A DNA stretch of 64,000 bases from Alphaproteobacteria bacterium (GTDB lineage: Bacteria > Pseudomonadota > Alphaproteobacteria > MPNO01 > UBA830): assembly GCA_964291215.2 (NCBI GenBank), contig OZ219791.1:2336001-2400000 (forward strand), written 5' to 3'. The translations under genes were made by a program, and so were the position numbers. The notes under the pieces are model-generated. The model worked only from the letters and a program-made list of their open reading frames with translations, did no database searches and had not been told where the DNA came from. This document shows, piece by piece, positions 42,997-52,893 of the stretch. Position 1 is the stretch's first letter, and every line of letters starts with the position of its first letter.

Positions 42997-45522
42997 CTAC
43001 GTGGGCAGGTACTGCTTCTTGAGATACTTCAAGTCGCCGAGGGCGACCTTGATGGTGCCCCGGTCCGGCGTGTCATCGTCGTGCTTGGCGGGGTTGAGCT
43101 GGCTCCCGACCGAGCGAAGCTTTCCGGGATGCGACGGGTCGGCCGTGAGCAGCGGCTCCACCTTGGGTTCGAGTTGCCCGAGATTCTTGCCATCATGGTC
43201 GCTAAGCGCGGCGGCGCTGTCGCCCTTGGCCCACCGGTCCCTGACCAGCATTTCCTTGCAGAAACGCTCGGCGGCATTGCGCAGCCATTCACCCGCCTGC
43301 TTGCGAAGCTCGATGTGATCGCCCCGTGCTAGCACGTCGGCACGGGCAAGCATCGCCATGAGGTCATCGCCTGTATTGGTGACCGCTGTGCCGTCGGCCC
43401 GGTCGGTAAGGGCCAACTGGAACATGTCGATGTTCTTGTGCAGATATCGATGCTCCAGGTCCTTCCATGTCTTCTGGTCCTGGGTGAGGACGATTGTCTG
43501 GATTCCGGCGCCGGTCAGTTCCTCCAAGACGTCAGTTTTGAAATAGGCCCGGTAATCTTCATCGCTCGCCAAGATCGGGTCGTCCAGCACCATGAAGCCG
43601 GCACCCTCGTGCAGTGCGCGGGCGATGAACAGCGCGAGGCCCAGGCAGTGAAGCTGCGACTGGCTGAATACGGCGATGACGTCGCGCAACTTCGGAGCAG
43701 TTCGGTCGGTGTCAAGGGACAGGCCGGCCTTGAAGTCGACGGTGCGCCGTGCGCCTTTGCGGGGTCTGACAGCGGAGAAGAATGTTGGTTCGTCGGGGCG
43801 GAGCAGGTCCCACCAGTGTTGGATGCTGCCGCTCAGATTCGCAAATTTGTCCTCCAGAACCTTCTCGTTGCCTTTGTCGATCTGGTGCAGCGCCGAATTC
43901 AGCTCCCCATGCATGTCAGCCCGGGCCTGGCGCTCGATCAGGCTCGCGCGAAGCGCGCCCTGATCGCCGGCGAGATCGATGAGCTCCTGCCAGCCGCTGG
44001 TGTCGCTGGCGGCGTCGATGACGACCGTAAGCCTTTCCAGGAGGGCTGTTTCCGCATCGGCGTAGAGCTCCAGCTGGATCGCGAAATTGGAGTAAGCAGT
44101 TGCGGCGTTCCCAAAGCCAGTCCTCAAGGGTTGCGGATCGCGCAGAGTGTCCGGTTTCTCCGCGTAGCCCTCGACTTCCGCCGCGAGAGCGCTGGTGGTG
44201 GCGTCAATGGTCGCCCGCGCGCGGGCGAGGTTGCGTAGCGCCTTCAGCCAAGCATCGATGACGGCAGAGGCATCCGGTTCCAGCAACGTTCGGATGCGCT
44301 CCACGCGGAAACCTTCCTGCCGGCGCTCGCTTGAGTTGATGGTGAGGAAGCGGGGGCAGGCGGAAGCGGCCGCCCGATCGAACCCACGGGCGGATACGGC
44401 CAGGGCGCGCAAGGTGTCAATCGCTGCCGCCTGAGCGGTCTGGAAGTCGTCGGTCTCTTGCGCCCGGGTGCGGATAAAGGCGATGCGCTCCGGCGTCAGG
44501 CTGCCTTCCGTACCACACAGTGGGCAGTCGATGGGCTGCGTCGCGGCATTGACGGCGGGGATGGCCAAGGCCTCCCTGAACAGCGCGATCAGACGGCGCG
44601 TCTCCTCCTCCACCGTTTCGCGCTCGGCTAGGTAGACATCGAGCGTGTCCCATTCTCCTTGGGCAGGTTCGGTCCAGTTGACGAGCGCTCTCCTGGCGAA
44701 CCCGTCAACCGGGAATGTCTTGGCCCGTCGCTCCAGCAACAAGCCTTCGAGCGCAACCAGACGCCCGGCGGGCACTGTCGGCAATGGGTGCTCGGCCGCG
44801 GTCAGGACGGCTGTGATCGCCCCATCGACCGCGGCGGCGAGAACGGCAGGCGCCGGCACAGCCGAACCGAGGGGTGCTAGAAGTGGCTCCGCGTTCTCGA
44901 TGGCTGCGGCAGCAGCAAGCCGGCTTAAGTGGCGGTCGCCGTCATCGGGCTTGAACCCGGCGTCGAGCCCCGCCACCGCGCCTCGCAGTTCTTCCAGATC
45001 CGTGACTTCAAGGATCCTCTTGAAATACGTGGCGCGGTCCTGCGGCCGGGCGGAAAAGAGATAACCGAGCGTGTGCTGAGCGAGGACCGGCGCCGCGAGG
45101 GGCGGTTGCGAGAGCACGATGCCGAGGGTGGCGAGATCGCTTTCATTAGCCTCGACGCCGTCGATCTGCAGGGCTGACTGGCAGTCTTTCCGCTTGGCGT
45201 AGTCCGAGATCAGTGTCCGCCTGACGTTGTGCGTCCGGCCGTCAATGCCGGTGATCTCCGCCTCGACGTATGTGGGTATGGCGGCTGGCATATGGGCGTT
45301 GCGCAGGGCGTCAGCGAATTCGTCCTGGGTGCTGGCCAAGAGCTGGCGACGGACGATCTGTCCGGTCAGCAGGAACTCGAACGCCTCGGCAAGGCTGGTC
45401 TTGCCCTGGCTGTTCGGTGCCCAGATGGCGGCCAGTGACGAGCCGAAGGACAGCGTCTGTGCCTTCCGGCCGAAAGCCCGGAAGCCCTGCATCTCAATCT
45501 TGTTGATCTTCAGTGTTGTCAT
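42997..45522 (-). CDS. SMC/Rad50-like ABC ATPase with zinc hook and possible HEPN-like C-terminus
   Basis: FRAF, Walker A APNSQGKTS, CPLC hook, signature FSQSQ, Walker B MVLDDP, LTQD; C-terminal LRNAAERF...LNPAKH. Confidence 0.8.
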   Translation of the reverse strand: MTTLKINKIEMQGFRAFGRKAQTLSFGSSLAAIWAPNSQGKTSLAEAFEFLLTGQIVRRQLLASTQDEFADALRNAHMPAAIPTYVEAEITGIDGRTHNVRRTLISDYAKRKDCQSALQIDGVEANESDLATLGIVLSQPPLAAPVLAQHTLGYLFSARPQDRATYFKRILEVTDLEELRGAVAGLDAGFKPDDGDRHLSRLAAAAAIENAEPLLAPLGSAVPAPAVLAAAVDGAITAVLTAAEHPLPTVPAGRLVALEGLLLERRAKTFPVDGFARRALVNWTEPAQGEWDTLDVYLAERETVEEETRRLIALFREALAIPAVNAATQPIDCPLCGTEGSLTPERIAFIRTRAQETDDFQTAQAAAIDTLRALAVSARGFDRAAASACPRFLTINSSERRQEGFRVERIRTLLEPDASAVIDAWLKALRNLARARATIDATTSALAAEVEGYAEKPDTLRDPQPLRTGFGNAATAYSNFAIQLELYADAETALLERLTVVIDAASDTSGWQELIDLAGDQGALRASLIERQARADMHGELNSALHQIDKGNEKVLEDKFANLSGSIQHWWDLLRPDEPTFFSAVRPRKGARRTVDFKAGLSLDTDRTAPKLRDVIAVFSQSQLHCLGLALFIARALHEGAGFMVLDDPILASDEDYRAYFKTDVLEELTGAGIQTIVLTQDQKTWKDLEHRYLHKNIDMFQLALTDRADGTAVTNTGDDLMAMLARADVLARGDHIELRKQAGEWLRNAAERFCKEMLVRDRWAKGDSAAALSDHDGKNLGQLEPKVEPLLTADPSHPGKLRSVGSQLNPAKHDDDTPDRGTIKVALGDLKYLKKQYLPT

Positions 45523-45760
45523 GGCTCTGCTTCAGTTCATCGAGACGGTTTGCGGCGACCTCTGCGATGGCATCGGCGGGTGCTGCCTCGCCTGACGCCG
45601 CGTAGGCGGTCACGAGTTTCGCGGCGAGGCTGTCCTCGGGCAGATGCGCGATCAGCCGGTCAAAGTTGGTCTGCGGCGTGGCAGGTTCTCCACCATTGGT
45701 CGCGTCGGCCGGATTGTCGTCATCCGTTTCGGCGCTCGATTCCTTGTTTTCTGTGCTCAT
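45494..45760 (-). CDS. Small acidic hypothetical protein
   Basis: 88-aa ORF overlapping both neighbours on the same strand. Confidence 0.65.
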   Translation of the reverse strand: MSTENKESSAETDDDNPADATNGGEPATPQTNFDRLIAHLPEDSLAAKLVTAYAASGEAAPADAIAEVAANRLDELKQSHDNTEDQQD

Positions 45761-46338
45761 GCTGTTGCCTTTCCGGCGCGGCGACGGCGTCGGACGGATG
45801 GGGGTTTCGCCTCTTCCTCGTCAGGCGGGTCGCTGAGGTCGTGAGCGCCGATCTCGATCATCCGCTGGGCGAGGGAGTTGAAGAAGGTTTCGTTGATTTG
45901 GCCGGCTTCATAGAGTTGGCGCACGACGAGGTAGGGGTTGAAAATCAGGACGTAGCTGATCGGCCCGTTCGGTCCGCTCTTGATATCGATAAAGCCGAGG
46001 TCATTGAGGGTTCGCATGCGCATTGTCCAAGTGCGTACGGCCCGCTCGCCGCTGAACCCTGAGAAGTACGCCATCTCGCGGTCCTTGTTGGCGATAACGA
46101 AGGAGTCGTCGTAAGTCCGGCACCAGAGGTCGAGATAGGTCGAGGAAACCGGCTTACCCTTGGACAGGCTGTCCATGACCTTCATGAGCAGCGGCATCGG
46201 CCGTGGCATGCTGAGCCAGCCGTCCGACCGCTCGCGCGACCACAATCGCGCCTCGTCAAGTTCGGGCCACAGCGTATCGCGCATGCGCAGCTTCTGGCGG
46301 GCGATCTTGCTGAGGCGTTTCTTGCTTTCCGTCGCCAT
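45757..46338 (-). CDS. Hypothetical protein, probable winged-helix DNA-binding protein
   Basis: YLDLWCR...EMAYFSGFSGERAVRTWTMRMRTLNDLGFIDIK; RBS (AGGAG) before the ATG. Confidence 0.7.
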   Translation of the reverse strand: MATESKKRLSKIARQKLRMRDTLWPELDEARLWSRERSDGWLSMPRPMPLLMKVMDSLSKGKPVSSTYLDLWCRTYDDSFVIANKDREMAYFSGFSGERAVRTWTMRMRTLNDLGFIDIKSGPNGPISYVLIFNPYLVVRQLYEAGQINETFFNSLAQRMIEIGAHDLSDPPDEEEAKPPSVRRRRRAGKATA

Positions 46339-47029
46339 GTCTTGCTCCTCTTGGCGTTTGGCCGAAAGATCGGGCCGGGGTGTGGACGCCCGGCCCTGCG
46401 GAACAATCTTGCCCGCACGTGCTTCGCTCCGTGCCGCGCACCGGAATAGGCCGTTTGGAATCGACACATCCGCTGCAAATGTCCGTTGCTGGAAAACATA
46501 ATAGAAAAATACAGTAAATCAAGGGATTAATACTAAATAGGTTTTCCGGCCGGAGGTTTTATTAGATCGATTTGATATATCGATCAGAAAAATATAGTGT
46601 CAATCCAAGATATGAATTGGAATGCGTAGTCGGAAATAATGGCCGGAGATCAAGGGATTGCCACGGGATCGTAGTGTTCCCGGTGCTCCTATGGTCCTGT
46701 GCTCGACGGTGATCCCGGTGCTCCTGGGGTCGCGGGGGAGAAGACCCCTCCGCTTGAGCGTGGATTCGTCCGTCAGGGTGTCCAGGTGCATCGCATCTGT
46801 CGCGGCGGGATCAGGCGATTCCCACGACTGGGCCGTAAGAGGGAATCTTCCTTCGGACGTTGGCTGTGTCTTGCCCGCCGCATTGTCTCGTGACCTGAGC
46901 AAGGGGGTAATACCAACGGTCGTTGATTGGAACCTATAGCAGAGCCGCCCTCCGCAGCTCGCCTCCTGAGCCGAGGCCTCCTACTGCAAGAGGTAATCTC
47001 CGCCGAGAGAGGCTAATCGGTTCTTATCT

Positions 47030-47465
47030 GTGGCCGGTGGTATAAGCGCTTCGGGTGTGCTTGCCCGGGCGGCGGCGGCGGGGCTTTCCTGGCCGCTGCC
47101 GTCCGGGCTCGACGATGAGGCGCTTCGGGCGCGGCTCTACCCGGCGCCGGAGCAGGACAGCGACCGGACGCAGCCCGACTGGGAAGCAATCGTCGAGGCG
47201 CTCGCCGCGCCCCGCAAGCGCCGCCGCGCCCGGCTGACGCGGCGCCAGCTCTGGGTCGAATACCGGGACGAGGCTCTGGCGCAGGGGGGCAAGGCCTATA
47301 CCTACAGTCACTTCTGCGGCCTGCTGAAGGAGCGTCTGCACAACCGGATCGGGCCGGCGCAGATGCGCTTCCACTACGAGCCGGGGCTGTGGGACCTGTC
47401 GGACTTCTCGGGCAAGACGCTGGCGCTGCGCACCGGCCGCGGCGAGAAGGACGTGGAGATCCTCC
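47030..47465 (+). pseudogene. IS21-family transposase (IstA) N-terminal fragment
   Basis: AGLSWPLP...LYP...PDW...LWVEY...YSHFC...MRFHYEPG...DFSG. Confidence 0.8.
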
Positions 47466-47574
47466 TGGAGCCCGAGGAACAGCGCGAAGGAAAAGACAGG
47501 CCAGAGCGCGACGATCACCGCGATATAGGCGAGGATCCTGAGCATCCGACCAGTGGACAGCCACACGTGTGAGC

Positions 47575-48150
47575 ACCGACCGGCCGGTTCCTCCGGCGCC
47601 TGGACCGGGGAGACCGGGACGAGCGTCACTTCGACGATTGCCGGTCTGGCGACGACGGCGACGGCGTTTGGAGTGTATGGCGTGAATTCGGCGGGTGACG
47701 GCACACCGTCCGCCGCCGTGGTGCTGGCAGCGCCGCCGGGGACGGTACAGAACCCAGACGCTGAAGGCTATGAGGTGGCCAGCCTGCTGGGCGGCACCAT
47801 CCGGCTCACCTAGGACGCGGTGACCGGCGCGGCGACCGGCGGCAAGGACATCACCGGCTACGACTACGAGCGGACGCTGGCTGGCAGCAACAGCTTCGGC
47901 AACGCCGGGACCGCGACTGGGACGCAGGTGGACATAGTCAGCCTCGGGAACAACATCGCCTTCGATTTCCGGGTGCGGGCTCGCAACGCGGACCGCGAGG
48001 GCGAGTGGCGGGTGCTCACCGTCTCCGGCCGGCCCCAGGCGCCGGGAAACGACAGGGCGACGGCTTCGACGACCTCGACTGACGTGACGGTGACTTGGGA
48101 CACGGTGACGGCGGGCACGCCGATCGTCTCCTACCGGGTGAAGCACTTCG
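47575..48150 (+). pseudogene. Fibronectin type III repeat protein fragment
   Basis: GVYGVNSAGDGTPS, IRLT*DAV...ITGYDY, FRVRARNADREGEW, VTVTWD...IVSYRV; in-frame TAG; no start. Confidence 0.72.
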
Positions 48151-48166
48151 GTCGAGCCGCGACGCT

Positions 48167-49299
48167 CTACAATATCATCAGCGCGCCGATGGCTTTCCCG
48201 ACCCGTTCCGCGGCGGCTTCGATATCGCGGTCTCCGAGATGGGCATAGCGCAGGGTCATTCGTGTATTGCTGTGACCCAGCATCCGGGAGACGACAGGCA
48301 CCGGCACGCCGTTCATGACGGCATGACTGGCATGCGTATGGCGCAGGTCGTGGAGGCGGACATCCTCGATGCCCGCCTCGCGCCTGATGCGGTACCAGGA
48401 CCGGAGGTCGGGGCCGCGCGGGCGGGCCGGATCGCGCGGCGAGGAAAACACGAACGGGCTGGCGCCTTGCGGCTGCCGGTCGAGAATGGCGCGTGCCTGT
48501 GTGTTGAGCGGCACCGTCCTCGGCCCGGTCTTGCTGTCGCGCAGGAACAGATGGCCTTCCCGGTAGTCGCGCCATTGCAGGGTGAGGAGTTCGCCCTTGC
48601 GGCAGCCGGTCAGCAGCAGAAGCCGGATGATGGCGACCTGGCGGGGGCATCGGGCCTCATGCGCCCTGAGCCTCGCGGACAGGCGGCGGATTCCTCGTCG
48701 GAGACGAACCGTTCACGGCCCTTGCGGCGGTAGCGCCGGATGCCCCGGCATGGGTTGGAGCCCTCCGGCCGCAGGCCCATGGTCTCCGCTTCCCTCATGA
48801 TGACGGACAGCACGGGCACGGACCGGTCCACCGCCGCCGGCGTCGCGCGAAGCGAGGCGAACCAGTTCCTCACCTGCTGCCGGTCGATGTCCGCGATCTG
48901 ACGCCCGGCGAAATGCGGCAGGAGCTGGTTGCGGAGATAGCCCCGGTTCACATGGAGCGTTCCTGCCTTCCAGAGCCGCGCATGGCGCTCGAACACGATC
49001 CCGGCGACGGCCTCGAAAAGCGTCTCGTCGGGACGGTGCAGAACGTCCCCGCCCCGGCGGATGGCGGCAAGCATCCCGGCAGCCAAAGCCCGGGCCTCGT
49101 CGATGCTCATGGTTCCGGCATCGCCCACGATCTTCCAGACGCGCGCGCCGCGATGCTGGCACTGGATGAAGAACCGCTTCCTGCCGCCGGGCGTCACCCG
49201 GACGCCAAACCCCCTGAGTCTGGCGTCGCGGATGTCGAAGGATGTCTTGCGGGGCGTGAGCGCCTCGATGCGGGCCGCGGTAAGGGTAACCCTGGGCAT
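48167..49299 (-). pseudogene. Tyrosine integrase with Arm-binding domain, one frameshift at ~48690
   Basis: DARLRGFGVRVTPGGRK; RERFVSDEE; LLLTGCRKGE; RLHDLRHTHAS...MLGHSN...TLRYAH. Confidence 0.88.
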
Positions 49300-49417
49300 G
49301 TCGTTCTCCCGGTTCCGGTTGCAGCCGGGGAGCCGGAAGGACGAACCGCCGCCCCATCTGCAACTGATTTTCGAGAGAAAAACGACGCTATGTCAGATAA
49401 TTAGCACCCACTGGTGC

Positions 49418-49618
49418 GATGCCGGTGTCGGCACCGTCGAAACCATGCCGCGAGGCGGCCCAGTCGGACCACAGCCGCACCTGCGCGAACCGGTCCCGGT
49501 AGAGCGGATCCTGCGCGAAATACGCCCTCATCAGCCGCTCGAACAGGCGGCCCTTTTCTGCCTCCGTTCCCGCAACCGACCGGATGTGGTCAAGCACGCT
49601 CTGGAAGTCATTGCTCAC
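49418..49618 (-). pseudogene. N-terminal fragment of a type ISP-like restriction-modification enzyme
   Basis: EKGRLFERLMRAYF..DPLY...W..WA...DTGI, breaking off where DTGIDLVA is expected. Confidence 0.7.
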
Positions 49619-49701
49619 TCAAGGTCTCCGTCCGCAGGAGAGCCGCAGGGAAGGCCGACGCAAACATCGGCGAGCAAGGGCGTCCTCCGGTATAATCGGC
49701 T

Positions 49702-50112
49702 TTAGCTATCCCGGGCCCGCCAACTGGCCTCATCCGCCAACTCCTGCGCATGGCGCTTCTGTTCGTCGCGATCCTCGACGGCAGTGTCGGGTAGAATAAT
49801 ATCCGCATGGTAGGGATTGTCTGTTTGCGGCGACGCAGTCACTTGCCGGCCATTCGAGGCGGCCGCATCTGCCTTGACCACGGCCCAACCGAAGAATGGT
49901 TTGCTTCGACCGATTGCCACCCTGTCCGCGATTTCGGTGGCTTCTCCCGGCGAAGCGAAGTCGAGGCGATCGACCGAAAGCCTGGGATCGCCCTCTCTCC
50001 CCAGAAAGACGTTGGGCAGAATCCTGCCGCGATCGGCTCGCCGGGCTTGGCTGCTGGAAAATACATCCCTGCCGAGACTTTCACCCGGTCCGATATCGTC
50101 CTTGACCGTCAC
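49702..50112 (-). CDS. Hypothetical protein, putative ADP-ribosyltransferase-like toxin
   Basis: GTG start overlapping the upstream TGA; LGR...VFL...LSVDRL...NPYHADI pattern. Confidence 0.55.
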   Translation of the reverse strand: MTVKDDIGPGESLGRDVFSSSQARRADRGRILPNVFLGREGDPRLSVDRLDFASPGEATEIADRVAIGRSKPFFGWAVVKADAAASNGRQVTASPQTDNPYHADIILPDTAVEDRDEQKRHAQELADEASWRARDS

Positions 50113-50777
50113 GCAGCCAGTTCGTCCCGCCGTGCCAGCCCCTCCAGTGCCTCTCGGACGAAGCCGTCGGGCAGCAACTCCATATCCGAATAGCGCGCGC
50201 GCCTGTGCCTGCCGTCCATATTGACCAGGCACAGGGCACCGCCATCGGAGTCGCAAAGCAGCAAGACCGAGCGTCCATAGCCGCCTGGAGCGTCGATAGC
50301 GACCTCACCGTCCGGCGTCGGGTAAACCTCGAAACGCCGGGGCGAAAGCTTGTACACGGCCAGCAACAGCCGCCTGGCGTTTTCCAGCGCGAGTGTCGAA
50401 GGGACCGGGAACTCCTCGTTCTGCGCCTCGGCCGGGGCCTCCGCGAGGTCCTCCATCGCGCTGTTCAGCCACCCGTTTTCCTCTGCCTCTCCAGTGACCG
50501 ATGTATTTTGCCGGCGTACCGGGTTCGCCGTGCCGACGTTCACCGGTCCCTGCGGCTGCCTGTCTTCGAAATCGACCTGCCCGGGAAGTGGACGTGGAGG
50601 CCAGCCGATCTGTTGAAATTGCGTTTGCGCTTGCAAGTTTGTGCCGCGGTGCCTGCTGTGCCAATTATCGTCCAATATGTCCGACCGCCTGATCAAACGC
50701 ATGTGCCCGCCAGGGTGACCTATGGACCGAAGTGTTTTTAGTGGAGCCCATGTAGAAAACAGCGCTTCCTGAAGCAT
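50109..50777 (-). CDS. Hypothetical protein (middle gene of a three-gene module)
   Basis: Low-complexity N-terminus; C-terminal PVPSTLALENARRLL...VYPTPDGEVAID domain; start uncertain. Confidence 0.65.
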   Translation of the reverse strand: MLQEALFSTWAPLKTLRSIGHPGGHMRLIRRSDILDDNWHSRHRGTNLQAQTQFQQIGWPPRPLPGQVDFEDRQPQGPVNVGTANPVRRQNTSVTGEAEENGWLNSAMEDLAEAPAEAQNEEFPVPSTLALENARRLLLAVYKLSPRRFEVYPTPDGEVAIDAPGGYGRSVLLLCDSDGGALCLVNMDGRHRRARYSDMELLPDGFVREALEGLARRDELAA

Positions 50778-50780
50778 CGA

Positions 50781-51488
50781 TCAACTCCACTCCAGAGTTA
50801 GACCTAATTTCCCACAAATTGCCTTCACAAGTCTGAGCAAATGCTCCGTCCTATCGTCAAAAGAAACATGGTTTGACCCAAGACCATATTCAGAAGAAAC
50901 ATCAAGGAACAAATCGGCTTCAGGAAGAGCTGATTTATCGAGATAAATACCGGCTGACCAAACTTCTTCTTTGTTCGAAGAGTCGAACTTGGTCACGGAA
51001 TGGGTTGCCGTCGCGCCAATTTCAAATGGATCTCGTTCATTCGGGCACCAGGTTAGCTGGCGAATCATATATTCTGTGGCATCGGCTCCACCTTCAATGA
51101 CCAACCAGAGTGGAGTTCTTAATTTCCATATTGCCGGCTTACCATCTTGCAGAAATCCGCTTGCGGCAGATTCAAAATGTCTTATACACCTTTTCGCATG
51201 CTTTACATTGTCAAGGTTCCTGAGCTCGAAAAAGTGCGCGCGGTACCCGTTCAATCTCGCTTCCATGACACAGTTGGGTGACGCCAAATTCAAAGAAACG
51301 AAAGCACTGTCTATGGTATTACCGTTCTCGACCCTGATCGCCTCGGGAGGAATAATCAATTCTTGGCTCAACGCATCGTGTATCGGTTCGATAATCTGCA
51401 CGAACGAACTGATGCGGCTGAACGCCGGGCGCGAAAATACCACCTCGTAAAACGCGTCGAGTCTCGCAATGCGCGCTTTCATCTTCAC
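50781..51488 (-). CDS. Hypothetical protein (lower GC than flanks)
   Basis: 235-aa ORF, first of three tightly spaced co-oriented genes. Confidence 0.7.
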   Translation of the reverse strand: MKMKARIARLDAFYEVVFSRPAFSRISSFVQIIEPIHDALSQELIIPPEAIRVENGNTIDSAFVSLNLASPNCVMEARLNGYRAHFFELRNLDNVKHAKRCIRHFESAASGFLQDGKPAIWKLRTPLWLVIEGGADATEYMIRQLTWCPNERDPFEIGATATHSVTKFDSSNKEEVWSAGIYLDKSALPEADLFLDVSSEYGLGSNHVSFDDRTEHLLRLVKAICGKLGLTLEWS

Positions 51489-52113
51489 AAGCTCAACCCA
51501 ACCGGAACTTTGTCACAACCGCTTGTCGGCGGCAATGCCGTAGCCATGGTTCAGAAGCCGCAATTCGGGCACCGCGGGATCGGCCTGTTTCGCAACGCTT
51601 CCGGCGGCTTGCGGTTCGTTTGCCGTTCTTTGCGTACTGCCTGGCGGCCTCCGCCATGGTGTGCTCCTACTGTTCAGGAAATATGGAGAAGCCGAGCCCA
51701 TGTGTAAAGGCTTGGCAGTCGTGCCATTCCGGCCGGTAGCGAAAGGTAGGCGAGAACGGATGGGCCATGGGGGCCGATTGCGGTGGCCGGGGTCAATCGG
51801 AGCATTGGCGCAGGCATTGCGTCGACGCCGGGCTTCGCTGTGGCCTGCCGGACGTGGCCCGGAGTGGCTCGACCTGTCGGCCTGACTCGGGGACGTGACC
51901 GATGCGGCCAGCCCCGTCCGCGCGTGCCGGCCTCATTTGAAGCCTCCGCCCTCTCCCTTCCTCCCGACACCGGACTGTTCGGGGTACCGGACAGGTTTTT
52001 TTCACCGCCCTGATGCGGCATGCGGCGCCTGGCGGCGCCAGGGGTATGAAACGCAGGAATTGCCATACCGAAAGCGGTTTGCGTGCCCCTCCGCTGCCAC
52101 TATCTGTCTCCGC

Positions 52114-52869
52114 ATGAAGGGATCGGAGACAGGATCGGCCGGTGGCTTGGCGGCCCGGTTTTTGCGGGCGATAGAGGTCTGGTGCGCCGGGAACGGAACA
52201 AGCGCGGGGACGTTCGGCGCCGCCGTGTACCGCGACCGCGGCTTTGTCGCCTCGCTGCGTGGCGGCCGCAGTCCGCGTCTCGGGACGGTGGACAGGGCGC
52301 TCGCCGTGATGGGCGAGCCGCCGGCCGGCCCCGCCCTCCTGAGAGAGGTGGAGGCGTTTCTCGCGGTGACGGGGGTCAAGCGCTCGCTGCTCGGACGGGA
52401 AGCGACGGGCAACCCTACCTTCGTGGCGCAGCTGCTCGGGGGCGTGTCGCCGAAGCTGGCAACGGTCGAAGCGGTGCGCGCGGCGATGAAGTCGCACGCC
52501 AGCCCTGCCGAGTGGCGCGAGATACGTGCCCGCGCCGGCGCGATGCCGGCGATCCTGACCGGCGCCCCGCTACGGTCTCCGGAGCCGCCCGCCCGGCGCG
52601 AAGACCGTGACCCTGAACCGGAGCCATTGGCCCGGCGCCGCGAGGACCGGGGCTATGTGGACACCCGCGAGGCGGCGGCGCGGCTGGGGCTGTCCCCGGG
52701 CACGCTGGCCCGGTACCGGATCACCGGGACGGGTCCCTGGTATTACCGTTTCGGGGGCTGCGTGCGCTACACGGAGACCGACCTGGAGGCATGGGATGCC
52801 GGCCGCAGGGGACGCCGGAACGGAGGCGTCGGCGCCGGGGGCGGGGCCGCGCGGCGGACATCGCCGTGA
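52114..52869 (+). CDS. Multi-HTH protein with a C-terminal excisionase-like HTH
   Basis: Two repeats (TFGAAVYRDRGFVASLRGGRSPRLGTV / LLGREATGNPTFVAQLLGGVSPKLATV) plus DTREAAARLGLSPGTLARYRITGTGP...VRY. Confidence 0.75.
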   Translation: MKGSETGSAGGLAARFLRAIEVWCAGNGTSAGTFGAAVYRDRGFVASLRGGRSPRLGTVDRALAVMGEPPAGPALLREVEAFLAVTGVKRSLLGREATGNPTFVAQLLGGVSPKLATVEAVRAAMKSHASPAEWREIRARAGAMPAILTGAPLRSPEPPARREDRDPEPEPLARRREDRGYVDTREAAARLGLSPGTLARYRITGTGPWYYRFGGCVRYTETDLEAWDAGRRGRRNGGVGAGGGAARRTSP

Positions 52870-52893
52870 ACCCGGGCGTCCCCGGACGCGGGG

